From: Octopus vulgaris
Lineage: Eukaryota
NCBI GenBank assembly: GCA_951406725.2
Contig: OX597831.1
Span: 22,754,001-22,818,000 of the forward strand
Direction of reading: 5' to 3'
DNA: 64,000 bases
Shown: piece after piece, positions 26,541 through 40,999 of the stretch
Layout: each line of letters begins with the position of its first letter
Position numbering within the stretch: position 1 is the stretch's first letter
The notes under the pieces: generated by a model
What the model saw: the letters and a program-made list of their open reading frames with translations, nothing else
Databases searched by the model: none
Told to the model about the DNA's origin: nothing
Position numbers and translations under genes: made by a program

Positions 26541-26851
26541 GTGGAGGCGCAATGACACAGTGGTTAGGGCAGCGGACTCGCGGTCGTAGGATCGTGGTTT
26601 CGATTCCCAGACCGGGCATTGTGAGGGTTTATTGAGCGAAAACACCTAAAGTTCCACGAGGCTCCGACAAGGGGTGGTGGTGAACCCTGCTGTACACACA
26701 CATACACACACACATCCACATAGTCATACACGCACACATAGATGTACACACACGCATACATACATGCATACATGCATACATACATACATACATACATACA
26801 TACATACATGCATGCATGCATGCATACATACATACATACATACATACATTC

Positions 26852-26899
<48 letters not shown>

Positions 26900-27732
26900 A
26901 TAATAAATATGTTAATAGTGATTTCGAAGTACCGATCGAAGAGCTGTGATTAATCACTATGAACTCCACTTAAAGGAATTAAGTGTTTGAGTGATCCTAC
27001 AGGTCAATGTTAAACTATTTTGATATAAAACATTACATAATACAAATATGTATGTGTATGTGTGCATATGTATATATATATATGTGTGTGTGTGTGTATC
27101 CGTATTTGTATATATGCATATATATGTGTATATCTATCTATATATTTATCTATACACGGACACAAACACACATACACACACGCAGACAAATATATATATA
27201 CATAAATACATGCATACATATATATATGTGTATATATATATGTGTGTGTGTGTTCAGGGGAAAGGCTAAAACTAGCTGAGGGAAGGAGTAGACCGAGCAA
27301 GCAAGTGAGTGAGAGAGAGAGCGGGGGGGAGAAAGAGTGAGAGGGAGAGTGAGTGAAAGAGAGAGAGTGAGACAAAGAAAGAGAGGGAGAGAGAGAGAAA
27401 GAGACCGAGGGAAACTCCACGCGCATAAATAATAAACTACCATGATGTTTACTAAAACGAAATTAAAAATGAAATAAAAATAAAAATATAATCAATTTTG
27501 ATTGATTTCCGTTTATTGGAAAACAGAATTTTATAGGAGTTGCAGACCTTCAAACTGCTAGTGCACAGCAGCCATATTTTCCCGCCAACTGTTACAGCTC
27601 TCTAAAATGGCGCGAAATTATACGCTATAGTTCTCTGTTTACGTGTACGTGTGTGATTTTGCTCATATACACAAATACTAAAATATATACATATATATAT
27701 ATGTACATACATGTATATATATATACATATAC

Positions 27733-27786
<54 letters not shown>

Positions 27787-27803
27787 CATATATATATATA
27801 CAC

Positions 27804-27853
<50 letters not shown>

Positions 27854-27946
27854 CATATATATATATATATATTATATATATACATATATATATACACACA
27901 TATATACATATATATATAAACATATAAATATATATATATGTATATG

Positions 27947-27985
<39 letters not shown>

Positions 27986-28103
27986 GAGAGTAGTGTAGCT
28001 CGCTTGAAGCATTGTGCATTGTTTGTAAAGAATAAAATGTTTTGAATGCTACAACAATGCACTTTAATACAGACAATGGACTCTATACCTGTTGTAGTTT
28101 AGT

Positions 28104-28162
28104 CATCCATAGTCTGATATGATATTTCGGAATAAATTTCCTTCTTCAGATATTCTTGGATG
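28104..28162 (-). ncRNA. Hammerhead motif
   Basis: catcca..-CTGAAGA-a ggaa attta ttcc-GAAA tat c ata TC-..tggatg; the proximal part of stem I is imperfect. Confidence 0.55.
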
Positions 28163-28308
28163 GAGTCGCTGCTATATATATATATGTAAGATTGTGTATA
28201 TGTATGTGTGTGTGTATATATACATACACGCATGTATACATATATAAATACATACATACGCAAACACATATATATGTATATGTATATATATGTGTTAACT
28301 TCTTCATG

Positions 28309-28350
28309 AATATTACGATGTTTCGGCTTGCCCGCCTTCATCAGACAGAC
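28309..28350 (-). ncRNA. Hammerhead motif
   Basis: tgt-CTGATGA-a ggc gggcaa gcc-GAAAC atc GTA-ata; short stem I. Confidence 0.55.
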
Positions 28351-28512
28351 TAATTGATGAACGTGAGCTAATCGAAGCATAAAAAATCATTAGAAATCAA
28401 ACAATTTCTCTTCTAAAAATATTGAGTTACCGTATAAGTAATGCTAAGTTGACTTAAAAAACAAACATATTACAAGCATATATGGTTGCTATTATGTTAT
28501 TCTGTCGTATGT

Positions 28513-28897
28513 GTAGAGGCGCAATGGCCCAGTGGTTAAGGCAGCGGACTCGCGGTCGTAGGATCGCGGTTTCGATTCCCAGACCGGGCGTTGTGAGTGT
28601 TTATTGAGCGAAAACACCTAAAGCTCCACGAGGCTCCGGCAGGGATAGTGGTGATCCCTGCTGTACTCTTTCACCACAACTTTCTCTCACTCTTACTTCC
28701 TGTTTCTGTTGTACCTGTATTTCATAGGGCTGGCCTTGTTACTCTCTGTGTCACGCTGAATATCCCCGAGAACTACGTTAAGGGTACACGTGTCTGTGGA
28801 GTGCTCAGCCCCTTACACGTTAATTTCACGAGCAGGCTATTCCGTTGTTTCGGATCAACCGGAACCCTCGTCGTCGTAACCGACGGAGTGCTTCCAT
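28513..28897 (+). mobile_element. SINE family B, full length
   Basis: tRNA-like head ggcgcaatggcccagtggtta.ggcagcggactcgcggtcgtaggatcgcggtttcgattccc; other copies at 49155-49508(-), 54192-54562(+, 12-bp TSD atcccaataact) and 26539-26693 (5' part). Confidence 0.9.
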
Positions 28898-29307
28898 CTA
28901 ACAGTTTTCCAAAAATATTTCTGACTGAAAAATATCATACATGCATGGAGTTACGATTCTATGCACCCAGCAAAGTATTATTGTTAAGCTGAAACTGTTG
29001 CTAAGGTAAAAAAAAAAAAAAAAAATGGCGAAACATTTTTTTTTTCCGTTTTCTGAAAAAGCGACGTTTTTGGACATACGACACTTTTGCATAATAGCAA
29101 CGATATGTTCTTTTACTTGTTTCAGTCATTTGACTGCGGCCATGCTGGAGCACCACCTTTAGTCGAACGAATTGACCCCAGGACTTATTCTTTGTGATCC
29201 TAGTACTTATTCTACCGGTCTCTTTTGTCGAACCGCTAAGTTACGGGCACGTATACACTCCAATTGATGGTGGGGGTACTAACAAAGACACACAAGCATA
29301 TACATAC

Positions 29308-29371
<64 letters not shown>

Positions 29372-29378
29372 GTATATG

Positions 29379-29421
<43 letters not shown>

Positions 29422-29542
29422 TTAATAAGGGTGAGAGAATTAGATACTAATTTAATAGTATATCTATTCTACACCAAGTGGCCTAGTGCTCCGAGAAACC
29501 TGGATTATTATAATATTTTATAACATATTATAATATTTTTAC

Positions 29543-30145
29543 AAAATAAATATAAGAGAGTGGTCACTATATTGCTCACTCTAGCACCAGTTAATCCAAA
29601 AGGTTTCAACCACGAAAATACATGTTTCCCATGAAAGTCAGTACGATTGTTAGCTCACACGGACAGGGCAAATAAAAAATAACAAAAATACAGATTATTT
29701 TGGGACAATTGTTTCGCTATTAATGAATTAAATGTAATTTTACTTACAAAAAAAATCCATTTGTAGCTCGTCAGCCAAAACTATCTGGATGAAATCCACT
29801 CAATCACACGCCAGATTTTACCATAACGATAAATGTAATCAATTGAACCACACGCGTATTTATCGTTATGGTAAAATCTGGCGTGTGATTGAGTGGATTT
29901 CATCCAGATAGTTTTGGCTGACGAGCTACAAATGGATTTTTTTGTAAGTAAAATTACATTTAATTCATTAATAGCGAAACAATTGTCCCAAAATAATCTG
30001 TATTTTTGTTATTTTATTTGCCCTGTCCGTGTGAGCTAACAATCGTACTGACTTTTCATGGGAAACATGTATTTTCGTGGTTGAAACCTTTGGATTACCT
30101 GGTGCTAGAGTGAGCAATATAGTGACCACTCTCTTATATTTATTT

Positions 30146-30146
<1 letters not shown>
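29543..30146. repeat. Near-perfect inverted repeat, ~290-bp arms with a 23-bp spacer
   Basis: 29543-29834 vs 29858-30146, with only a few substitutions or 1-2-bp indels. Confidence 0.95.
29911..29994 (+). ncRNA. Type I hammerhead ribozyme (mirror copy on minus strand, 29697-29781)
   Basis: gttttgg-CTGACGA-gcta(long AU loop)tagc-GAAAC aatt GTC-ccaaaat; intact core, palindromic stem III. Confidence 0.8.
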
Positions 30147-30180
<34 letters not shown>

Positions 30181-30449
30181 ATATATATACGACGGGGTTC
30201 TTTCAGTTTCCGTCTACCAAATCCACCCACAAGGCTTTTACCGGCCCGAGGCTATAGTAGAAGACACTTACCCAAGGTGTCACGCAGTGAGACTGAACCC
30301 GGAACCATGTGGTTGGGAAGCAAGCTTATTACCACACTGCCACAAAACATATATGTATATTTTTTAAAAAAGTCGTTCGATTTGCCGCTCATGAGAATGA
30401 AAGCCTGACCCCGTGGTTTGCAAAGGAACTTGTAAACCAGAAAGTGAAT

Positions 30450-30770
30450 GCGCGTTAGTTACTAGGTAAGTATTCGGCTCACATATCGTAAGGTCGTGAG
30501 TACGATTCTGGCTTTGTCCTTGAGCAAGATACTTTATTTTATTTCGCGTTGTTCCAGTTTAATCAACTGGCAAAAAATGAGTTCTGTCTGTAATTCAAAA
30601 GGCCCTGCCTTGTCATGTTTTGTGACACGCTGAATCCGCCTGGCGATTACCTGAAGTGTACGCGTGGTTGTGGAGTGCTCAGCCAGTTGCAGGTGAATTT
30701 CATGAACAGAGTGTTCCGTTGATCGGATCGACTGGAAACCTCGTCGCCGTAACCAACCGGAGTGCTAATT
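30450..30770 (+). mobile_element. Old tRNA SINE with a family-D-like head/core and a family-B-like tail
   Basis: gtccttgagcaagatactttattt core as in 54650-54985; the 3' part resembles 28730-28890. Confidence 0.6.
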
Positions 30771-30816
30771 TGTTAACTCACAGAGCTATGAGTATGCTTC
30801 TGCGCTTCTGTAGAGT

Positions 30817-30845
30817 GATAGACAGATAGATAGATAGACAGATAG

Positions 30846-30912
<67 letters not shown>

Positions 30913-30949
30913 TAGATAGATAGACAGATAGAGAGAGAGAGATAAATAG

Positions 30950-30982
<33 letters not shown>

Positions 30983-31083
30983 CAAAGAGAGAGAGAGACA
31001 AAGAGAGAGAAGACAAAAAGAGAGATTGACAGACAAATAGATCGATCGATCGATCAATCGATAGATAGATAGATTGATAGATT

Positions 31084-31131
<48 letters not shown>

Positions 31132-31345
31132 TGGATGGATGGATGGATGGATGGATGGATGGACAGATGGATGAATGGATGGATGGATGGATGGATGGAT
31201 GGATGGATAGATATATGGATGGATGGATGGATGGATGGATGGATGGATGGATGGAACAGAAAGATAGATAAATAAATAGACAGATAAATAAATAGACAGA
31301 TAGATAAATAGATTGATACGGAGAGAGAAAGAGAGAGAGAGAGAG
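30817..31345. repeat. (GATA)/(GACA)/(GGAT)/(GA) compound microsatellite
   Basis: Seen directly. Confidence 0.95.
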
Positions 31346-31643
31346 TGAAAGGGAGATACATACATAGGTACGTATGTACGTAAGCAAGTAGGCTGGTAAA
31401 TAGTGAGGTAGAAGATATGTGTGTGAATGTATAATTGTGAGTGTGTGTAAATGCGTGTAAAAACAAGTTTAAGGTGAAACAAGTTTAAAAATTACAAAAA
31501 AAAACAAAACAAAAACCCTTTCTAAAATCACGTTTGGTCTATTTCCTTATATTGACTCCACTTTAATTCGTTCTGTTATTCCGTCTTTCATTTCTTTATT
31601 CCAGAATTGTGTGTCTGACTTCTATTTTCCTATTCGCATCACC

Positions 31644-31710
<67 letters not shown>

Positions 31711-32201
31711 TGTGTGTGTGTGAATCCATGTTTATACCGTGGTATGTATATTTGCGTGTCTGTATATACATCTGTGTATGTATGCAGCGGCACAGCGTGG
31801 GGTTTACGGAACTTGTGAAGTGCTCAGGGTGGGCAAAAACACACTGTCATTGTATGTATGTATTTATGTATGTATGTATGTATGTATGTATGTATGTGTG
31901 TATGTATGTATGCATGTGTGTATGTATGTATGTATGTGTGTGTATGTATGTATATATGTGTGTATGTGTGCATGTATGAATGTATGTATGTATGTATGTA
32001 TGTATGTATGTATGTATGTGTGTGTGTATGTATGTATGTATGTGTGTGTGTGTATGTATGTATGTATGTATGTATGTTTGTGGGTGTGTGTATATGTTTC
32101 TGATTCTAAAAAAAATAATGGATTTTATTTGTTCGACTCGAATTAAGACTTCACGGTGTTGCCCCAGCACGGCCGCAGAAGATATGTATATATATATATA
32201 T

Positions 32202-32260
<59 letters not shown>

Positions 32261-32473
32261 CATATATACATGTGGTTATATATATATATATAAACATATC
32301 TGTACGTACGTTTATATATAGAGAGATATATAGATTGATGTACATACATACATACATATATATATATGTGTGTGTGTGTGCGTGTATGTTTATACGGTAT
32401 ACATACAAGATGTGTGTGTATATGTGTGTGTGTGTGTGCGTGCGTGTATGTTTATATAATATACATACATAAA

Positions 32474-32536
<63 letters not shown>

Positions 32537-32545
32537 ATGTATAGG

Positions 32546-32603
<58 letters not shown>

Positions 32604-33099
32604 TTAAAAGGTCATTTTTTTCCCTCTTCTTCCTCCTTCCACCGTGGTTGTTATCTCGTAATTTCTTCAACCATAAGATTCTTTCTTTATATTATATTTC
32701 ATTAAATAATTAATTTATTCATTTATTAATTAAAGCATTTAATCATTCATTCTTCAATTTCTTCAGGTTATTTAATTAAACTAAAACCCTTGTTTTAATT
32801 CCATTCCTTAATTCACATATTCTTTCCGGCAATTGTCATTTTGTAATATTATCTTTGCATTCGTTTTATTCATTTATTCATTTATTCATTTATTCATTTA
32901 ATCCTTGATTCATTCCACTCCTACATCAACCGTTATTCGTTTACTTACTATATTATTTCATTCTGTCAATCTGTCATTCACCTTCCAATAGATTCTTCTC
33001 GCTTCTCTCAATCATTCATTCATAAAAATTACTCTCTTATTTTTCTGAAGTCTACCGCCGAGTTTTTGTTCTTGGTTTTTCGCTGCTTCTTTCGCACCA

Positions 33100-33597
33100 A
33101 CAGCAGCAGCGGCAGCGGCAGCGGCAGCGGCAGCGGCAGCAGTAGTTGTATCGTCGTTGTTGTACTCACTGTCTAGTGTTGCGTTCTGATTAGTGTTGAT
33201 GTTGTTGTTATGGTAGCAGCATCATCATCATCATCATCATCAGCAGTAGTAGTAGTAGTAGTAGTAGTAGTATTGTAATACTGCTGCTACCATTGCTGTT
33301 TTTGTTGCTGCTGTTGTTGTTGTTGCTGTTGTTATTGTTGTTGTTGTTGCTGCTGCTGCTGTTGCTGCTGTTCCTCTTGTTGTTGCTATAGTTGTTGTTG
33401 CTGTTGCTGTTGTTGTTGTTGTTGTTGTTGCTGCTGCTGTTCGTGCTGTGTCGATGTTATTGTTGTTGCTGCTGTTGTTGCTGCTGTTGATGTTGCTGCT
33501 GTTGTGTTATTGTTGTTGTTGTTGTTGCTGCTGTTGTTGCTGCTGTTACTGTTGTTGTTGTTGTTGTTGTTGTTGTTGCTGTTGTTGCTGCTGTTGA

Positions 33598-33629
<32 letters not shown>

Positions 33630-34120
33630 CTGCCGCTGCTGCTGCAGTTGTTGTTGCTGCTATTCTTGTTGCGTGGCTGTTGTTGTTGTTGTTATACTGT
33701 TGTTGTGCTGCCGTTGCCTTTGCCATTGTTGTTGTTGTTCTTCTTCTTCCCGTTCTTGTTCTTGTTGTTGTTGCTCTTGTTATTGCTGTTATTAGTTGTG
33801 TTGCTGTTGTCATTGTTACGCTTCTCGTTTCTGCTGTTGCTGTTGTTATTGTTATTGTCGTTGTGTTGCTGTTGCCATTGAAGTTGCTCTTGTTGTGTTG
33901 CTCTTCCTATTGTGTTATTATTGCTGTTGTTGTCATTGCTGTTGTTGTCATTGCTGTTGTTGTCATTGCTATCGTGCTGCTATTGTTGTTGTTGTTGTTA
34001 TTGTTGCAGCTTCTGTTTCTGTTGCAAGTTGTTGTTGTTTTAAGATTAGAAATAGTGGTGTCGGCAGCGGCAAAGTTGTGGCTATGGTTGTAGTTGTGAG
34101 TGTGAATGTACATGTAATGG

Positions 34121-34160
<40 letters not shown>

Positions 34161-34232
34161 GATGATGATGACGATGATGATGATGAAGATGATGATGATG
34201 ACAGTAATGTTGATGATGACGATGATGTTGAA

Positions 34233-34268
<36 letters not shown>

Positions 34269-34280
34269 AATGGTGATGAA

Positions 34281-34312
<32 letters not shown>

Positions 34313-34462
34313 CGATGATGATGATGATAGCGATGGGTGTGGTTTATGCTGGTAGCAGAGGCGGTGGTCGATCTTAACCGTTATCGCGGCGAAGGACGGA
34401 CCTGTTGCTTTGTTATTTTTGTCCTGGAAATAGTAGTAGTAGTAGTAGTGGTGGTGGTGGTG

Positions 34463-34509
<47 letters not shown>

Positions 34510-34525
34510 GGTGGTGGTGGTGGTG

Positions 34526-34569
<44 letters not shown>

Positions 34570-34585
34570 TGTTGTTGTTGTTGTA
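33100..34585. repeat. Degenerate trinucleotide array (GCA/GTT/GCT/GAT/GGT/GTA)
   Basis: Seen directly. Confidence 0.95.
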
Positions 34586-36667
34586 GAACGCTTGTCATGT
34601 CTACAGAGGATGTGGGTTCTAACCACATGGGCAGCCTTCAATTTTTAAAATTTTTTTTTGTATTTTGTATTCGCAAAGTTTATTTTTATTTACTCCAATA
34701 GACTTCATTTGCTTATAGCTTTTCTGCATCGAGATCCACTGTTCCAAAACGGATTGTTGCTGTTCATGTTTAACCCTAAGTCATCCATGCCTCAATGTCC
34801 AAACGTTTAAGTTAAGCTGTTCCTGTCCACCTTAGAAATATCGAAGCTTATTTTTAGCTCAGTATTCACACGTTATTGTTTATACTTTTTCTGCTTCGAG
34901 ATCCACTGTTTCCAAAAAGAATCGTTTTTGATGTTGTTGTTGTTGCAGTTGTTGCTTAATCCTAAATCATTCATGCCGCAAAGCTCAGACTCTTAAGTAA
35001 AGCCGCTCCTCGATATAAAAAACGACGGGATAGTCACGACCGGAACGCCTTCGATCATACTTCTGCGCAAAATGCTATTTGAAGGGATCTGTGCTGTTTC
35101 TAGTTAATAAAATGACCACGTAGGGGTTCTGTGTTGCTTTTGTGGTTCCTTTTGTTTTTCCTATAGTTTCTAGCACACGGTCAACTCAGATCCACTTTCC
35201 TAGACGTTCCAGCAATGACCCTCCCATCTAGTTTTCCAGATATAGTCTGTCTAGAACTATATCATCCTTATATGTCCTTCTTGTCTATAAATGTAGCGTG
35301 ATTTAAGGGAGAGTTAGCTGCTATTTCCCGGATGCTTAGCCAATGTCGATGTTTAGTTCCATTCTAACATGATTCAGTAGACGTACGATCAAAGACGTTC
35401 CATGTGTGACTTACCCGCCTTTTTTCGGAGACTTTGTAAAATTACACAATATTAATAAAATACTTCCATCATACCATCATTACCATCACACATGCGGGAG
35501 CTTTGGCTTCGATTTCTAGCAAGTATTTGTTTAACCCCATATACGCCCAGATCCAGCAGACCTATCATCTGAGAAATTCCAGCCGTGACCTTCCTACCTG
35601 TTTTTCTACCTAGATATACGTAGACAGTATATCTAGGACTACTCCGTCACATGTGTCCACAAACGTCCATAACAGACCGTTCATTTTTGAATATTTCATA
35701 CAGGTCTTATTGCTTAGCTCTAGGTTAGTGCAGATCCAGCACATCTACGATCAAATGCTTTCCATCCCGTGACCATCCCGTCAATTATTAAAACCTCATA
35801 AATCTCTAACAACATTATCCAAGGTATCTTTATAAATACAAATACTAATTTCAAATCTAGGCACGTCGACTCCCACTAGTCAACTGGTACATGTTTCATC
35901 GACCCCCGGAGGAATGAAAGGTAAAGTCGACCCCGGCGAAATTTGAACGCAGAACGTAGAGACGGATGAAATGCTGTTAGGCATTTTACCCGACATGCAA
36001 ACGAATCTACCAGCTCTCCGCCTTATAAATTCAATAAATATTACTTTCAGGGACATTTTGTCATTTTTGTCACACCAGAAGACCACCATCAGCATTGGTT
36101 CTCAAGCATTTCTTTACCTGTGGACCCTTTTTTTTTATTTCTGTTTTACTCTGGTGGACCTCAAATAGCCATTCGATATTTAAATTTAAAAAAAACACAC
36201 TCTTAAATGTTTTCTTATAATGAACATTATTAGCAATTGTATATAAAAAAATATGTTAACATTGTTTTGAGTGTTGTAGACATCCTTTCGGGGTGTTGAG
36301 TACAGGGGTCGACTTAACTACTCCTCGAAATTGCTGGCCTTGTGCCAAAATTTGAAACCATTATTATTATCATTATTTTTATCATTATTATTATTATTAT
36401 TATTATTACAAGGCGGCGAGCTGGCAGAAATGCGTAGGCGTATTTCGTCTACCATTACTGAGTTCAAATTCCACCGAGGTCGACTTTGCCTTTCAACCTT
36501 TTGGGGTCGATAAATTAAGTACCAGTTGCGTATTGGGGTCGATGTAATCGACTGGCTCCGCTCCCTAGAAATTTCGGACTTTATGCCTAGAGTAGAAAAG
36601 ATTATTATTGTTACTATTGTTATTATTATTGTTATTATCATTATTTTTATTGTTGTTATCATCATCA

Positions 36668-36744
<77 letters not shown>

Positions 36745-37330
36745 TTATTTATGTTGTTCACCAAGTACGAGTATGTGTCTATTGATCTTCATTTTATTTA
36801 TCGTGTCCAATTTTCGATGAAACTGAAGCGCGTTTTTGACAATTACCGCACATAAGTTTTGAAAAGCAAAATCCTACAAGGACCCCTATGTTTTATATGA
36901 ACCCCCAGGGGTTATACGGATCCCGGTTGAGAGCCACTGATCTAGGGGTACCTAGCTGTAGCAGTGGCAGCCGGAATTGTTACAACTGAGGCTATTGCTG
37001 TTATTAATGTTAAAGCCCCAGGTCAATCGTTGCTGAGCGCACCAACTTCCAGAAGTCCTTCTAGGGTTACCTAAACTTGCACTCTCTGTTCATTGAGTCC
37101 TTCGCTAAGGCGTATTGTAAGAGAGAATTTGGTTGCTATTTCTAGCACGTCACGCAACCATGCTGCTGATGCTTCCCTCTCCGGCTTATTGCACCGACGG
37201 TTGTTTGTTGTCGATGCACCAACGCCAGCGTCATGTAGCAACTACTGCAGGCAGTTGCAGCTGCAGTGGGTGTTGCAGTTGTTTGATAAAATTTCTAATT
37301 ATTTTCGTGAAACAAATTCATATCATAATT

Positions 37331-37377
<47 letters not shown>

Positions 37378-37397
37378 TATGTATGAATGAGTGTCTC

Positions 37398-37441
<44 letters not shown>

Positions 37442-37529
37442 GACACTCATTCATACATATATATACATATATACATACAGAGACACCCATTCATACATAT
37501 ATATATATACACACATATATTACATACAT

Positions 37530-37681
37530 ACACATTCATACATACATACATTCACACATACACACATTCATACATACATACATACATACATACATACATA
37601 CATACATACATACATACATACATACATACATACATACATACATACACACATACATACATACATACGTACATACATACATAC

Positions 37682-37712
<31 letters not shown>

Positions 37713-38335
37713 CATACATACATACATACACACATACATACATACTTACATACATACATACACACATACATACATACATAGATACATACATACATACATA
37801 CATACATACATACATACATACATACATACATACATACACACATACATACATACATACGTAATACATACATACATGCATACATACGTACATACATGCATAC
37901 ATTCATACATACATGCATACATACATACATGCATACATACATACATACATACATGCATACACACATAAATACATACATAAATACGTACATACATACATAC
38001 ATACATAGATACATACATACGTACATACATACATACATACATACATACATGCATACATACATACATACATACACACATACATACATACATACATACATGC
38101 ATACATACATACATACATAAATACATACATGCATACATACATACATGCATACATACATACATACATACATACATACATACATACATACATACATACGTAC
38201 GTACATACATACATACGTAATACATACATACATGCATACATACGTACATACGTACATACGTACTTACATACATACATGCATACATACATACATACATACA
38301 TACATACATACATACATACATACATACATGCATAC
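37530..38335. repeat. ~800-bp (CATA)n microsatellite
   Basis: Seen directly. Confidence 0.95.
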
Positions 38336-38705
38336 ATATATATGTATATGTATGTATACCTGCAACAAGTGTATATATATGTTTGTTTGTGTGTGCTTAT
38401 ATATAAGTACGTGTACGTTGTGCGTATATTCTTATATATGTTTGTACTTGCGGTTAGTGTGTATATATGTGCGTATGTGTGTATGTATGTGAGTGTGTAC
38501 CATACACAAGCATATACCTAAATGTATGCATGTGAAAATTCATAAATGCATGAATACCTACCTACATACATTGAATACATACATACATACATACATACAT
38601 ACAGACAGAGAGACAGACAGACATACCGGAAGGTAAATTGATTGATAAATAGGAAGATAGCCAGGTAGATAGACAGACACATAGAGAGAGAGAGAGACAG
38701 ACAGA

Positions 38706-38884
38706 CAGAGAATAAGATAGAGATAGAGTGAAAGAATGAAAGAGAGAAAGAGAGAGAGAGAGTGAGAGAGAGAATAAGATAGAGATAGAGTGAAAGAAAG
38801 AACGAAAGAGAGAAAGAGAATAAGATAGAGATAGAGTGAAAGAAAGAAAGAGAGAAAGAGAATAAGATAGAGATAGAGTGAAAG

Positions 38885-38919
<35 letters not shown>

Positions 38920-39030
38920 GAGAGAGAATAAGATAGAGATAGAGTGAAAGAAAGAAAGAAAGAAAGAGAGAAAGAGAATAAGATAGAGATAGAGTGAAAG
39001 AAAGAGAGTGAGAGAGAGAGAGAGAGAGAA
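38706..39030. repeat. Purine-rich minisatellite with fixed core gagaataagatagagatagagtgaaagaa and variable (GA)/(GAAA) linkers, 6 units
   Basis: The core recurs at ~38708, 38769, 38816, 38858, 38924 and 38974. Confidence 0.85.
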
Positions 39031-39461
39031 AGACAGACAGATGATTTCTCCATAGGCACGTGTACCCTTAGAATTCTCAATAAGATTTAACATTACCCAA
39101 AGCGCGAAAGGAACAAGCGTTTGAATTCTAGGTAAACTACATAGGACGGGCTTCCATAGTTTCCGTCTACCCGATTCCTTCATAAACCTTAAGTGTACCC
39201 TAGGGTATGGCAGAAAATATTAATCTCCCGCCACCCGAAATTTCTCAACATAGGATCGAATCTAGAGCTTTTCTGTTACAAAGAGAACAACTTACGTAAT
39301 TGGCATCCACATATACACACACACACACGCTGCGCACGTGCATACACACAAACATGTACACACACACATACACACGCATACAGACTTATTAGTTCGCTGT
39401 TAGACTACTATCGTATTCTAGGTAATACACATGTCGTAACGCATTGATGTGTATACAATGC

Positions 39462-39502
<41 letters not shown>

Positions 39503-39644
39503 TAAAGGTAAAACGGTAAGATAACAAAAGAAAGAAAGAGACCTCAATATTATGTAAATAGAGGAAATTTATCTATACAATAATATGTTACATTACTCGA
39601 TAGTCAAGATAAAATGTAACATATTATTGTATATATTTTCTATT

Positions 39645-39694
<50 letters not shown>

Positions 39695-39735
39695 AATAGA
39701 AAATGGAGTTAACGCAGGTGTAATCAAATAATTTT

Positions 39736-39822
39736 ACTTTCGACACATGTTTCGAAAATTCCACTGATACTATTCAAAAGAATAAATGGTATTAAACAAT
39801 GCAATCTTCTCCTCAGGAAAGT
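39736..39822 (-). ncRNA. Type I hammerhead ribozyme with extended stem II
   Basis: actttc-CTGAGGA-gaagatt..aattttc-GAAAC atgt GTC-gaaagt; intact core, 6-bp stem I, 7-bp stem II extendable further. Confidence 0.8.
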
Positions 39823-40275
39823 GAAAAAAACGAAACTCGTCAATAAGACATTTTAGCAAAAAAATGATGGATTTGTATAGCGATAGACAGAACGCTATTA
39901 ATATTGTTTAAAAAAACGTTATATGATATAACGTCATAAGTAGCTAACAGAAAGAGTAGGGATATTAATAGTGAATGTTAAATATAAAGGAAATTAAAGT
40001 TTTTATTCATATTATTCAAAATATTCAACGTAAACACGAAGTTTCTACCTTTATAAACAAGGAGTTACAACACCTTTACTTGTGAGATTTTTGCTGCCCT
40101 GGTAACTATTTATTTATTTTTTCCGCGTTAATTGTTAACAAGGTAAAAATACACTCATCTATTTATATATATATATATATATATGAAAAAATGTATACAT
40201 ATATATATATACATTCGCGCTCACACGCACATACACATACCTCACGGATGTAATTGTCTGCATATAATACACACA

Positions 40276-40321
<46 letters not shown>

Positions 40322-40533
40322 CACACACAAACACAGGCACACACAGACACATGCGCGCGCATACATCACTTCCCGGCCTTTTGGCTAAGATCATAGTTTA
40401 ATGCACATGTGTTCGGGGGTGTGGTGGGTATGTAAATATGTAATAATGTATGTATATGTGTGTGAGTGTGTGTTTGTGTGTGTAGGTATGTAGGTATGTA
40501 TGTATGTATATATGTATATACATACATACATAT

Positions 40534-40660
<127 letters not shown>

Positions 40661-40832
40661 TGTTTGCCTTCAACCATAGTTTGACAACCGATGTTGGTGT
40701 GTTTACGTCCCCGTAACTTAGAATAAGTACTAGGCTTACAAAGAATAAGTCCTGGGGTCGATTTGCTCGAATAAAGGCAGTGCTCCAGCATGGCCGCAGT
40801 CAAATGACTGAAACAAGCAAAAGAATAAAAGA

Positions 40833-40889
<57 letters not shown>

Positions 40890-40931
40890 CAGACAGACAT
40901 ATATATGCATATAAAGACACACACTTATGTA

Positions 40932-40999
<68 letters not shown>

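Larger units (their letters stand above)
29108..30342 (-). mobile_element. SINE A split at its internal (TA)n by a ~730-bp Penelope-like insertion (29418-30146)
   Basis: The 3' half (29108-29300) and 5' half (30190-30342) are collinear on the minus strand. Confidence 0.8.

Noticed and set aside
28513-28590. tRNA-Arg gene (also heads at 54192 and 54915-54987)
   Set aside because: No proper acceptor stem or terminator; the sequence continues into a SINE body found in multiple copies.
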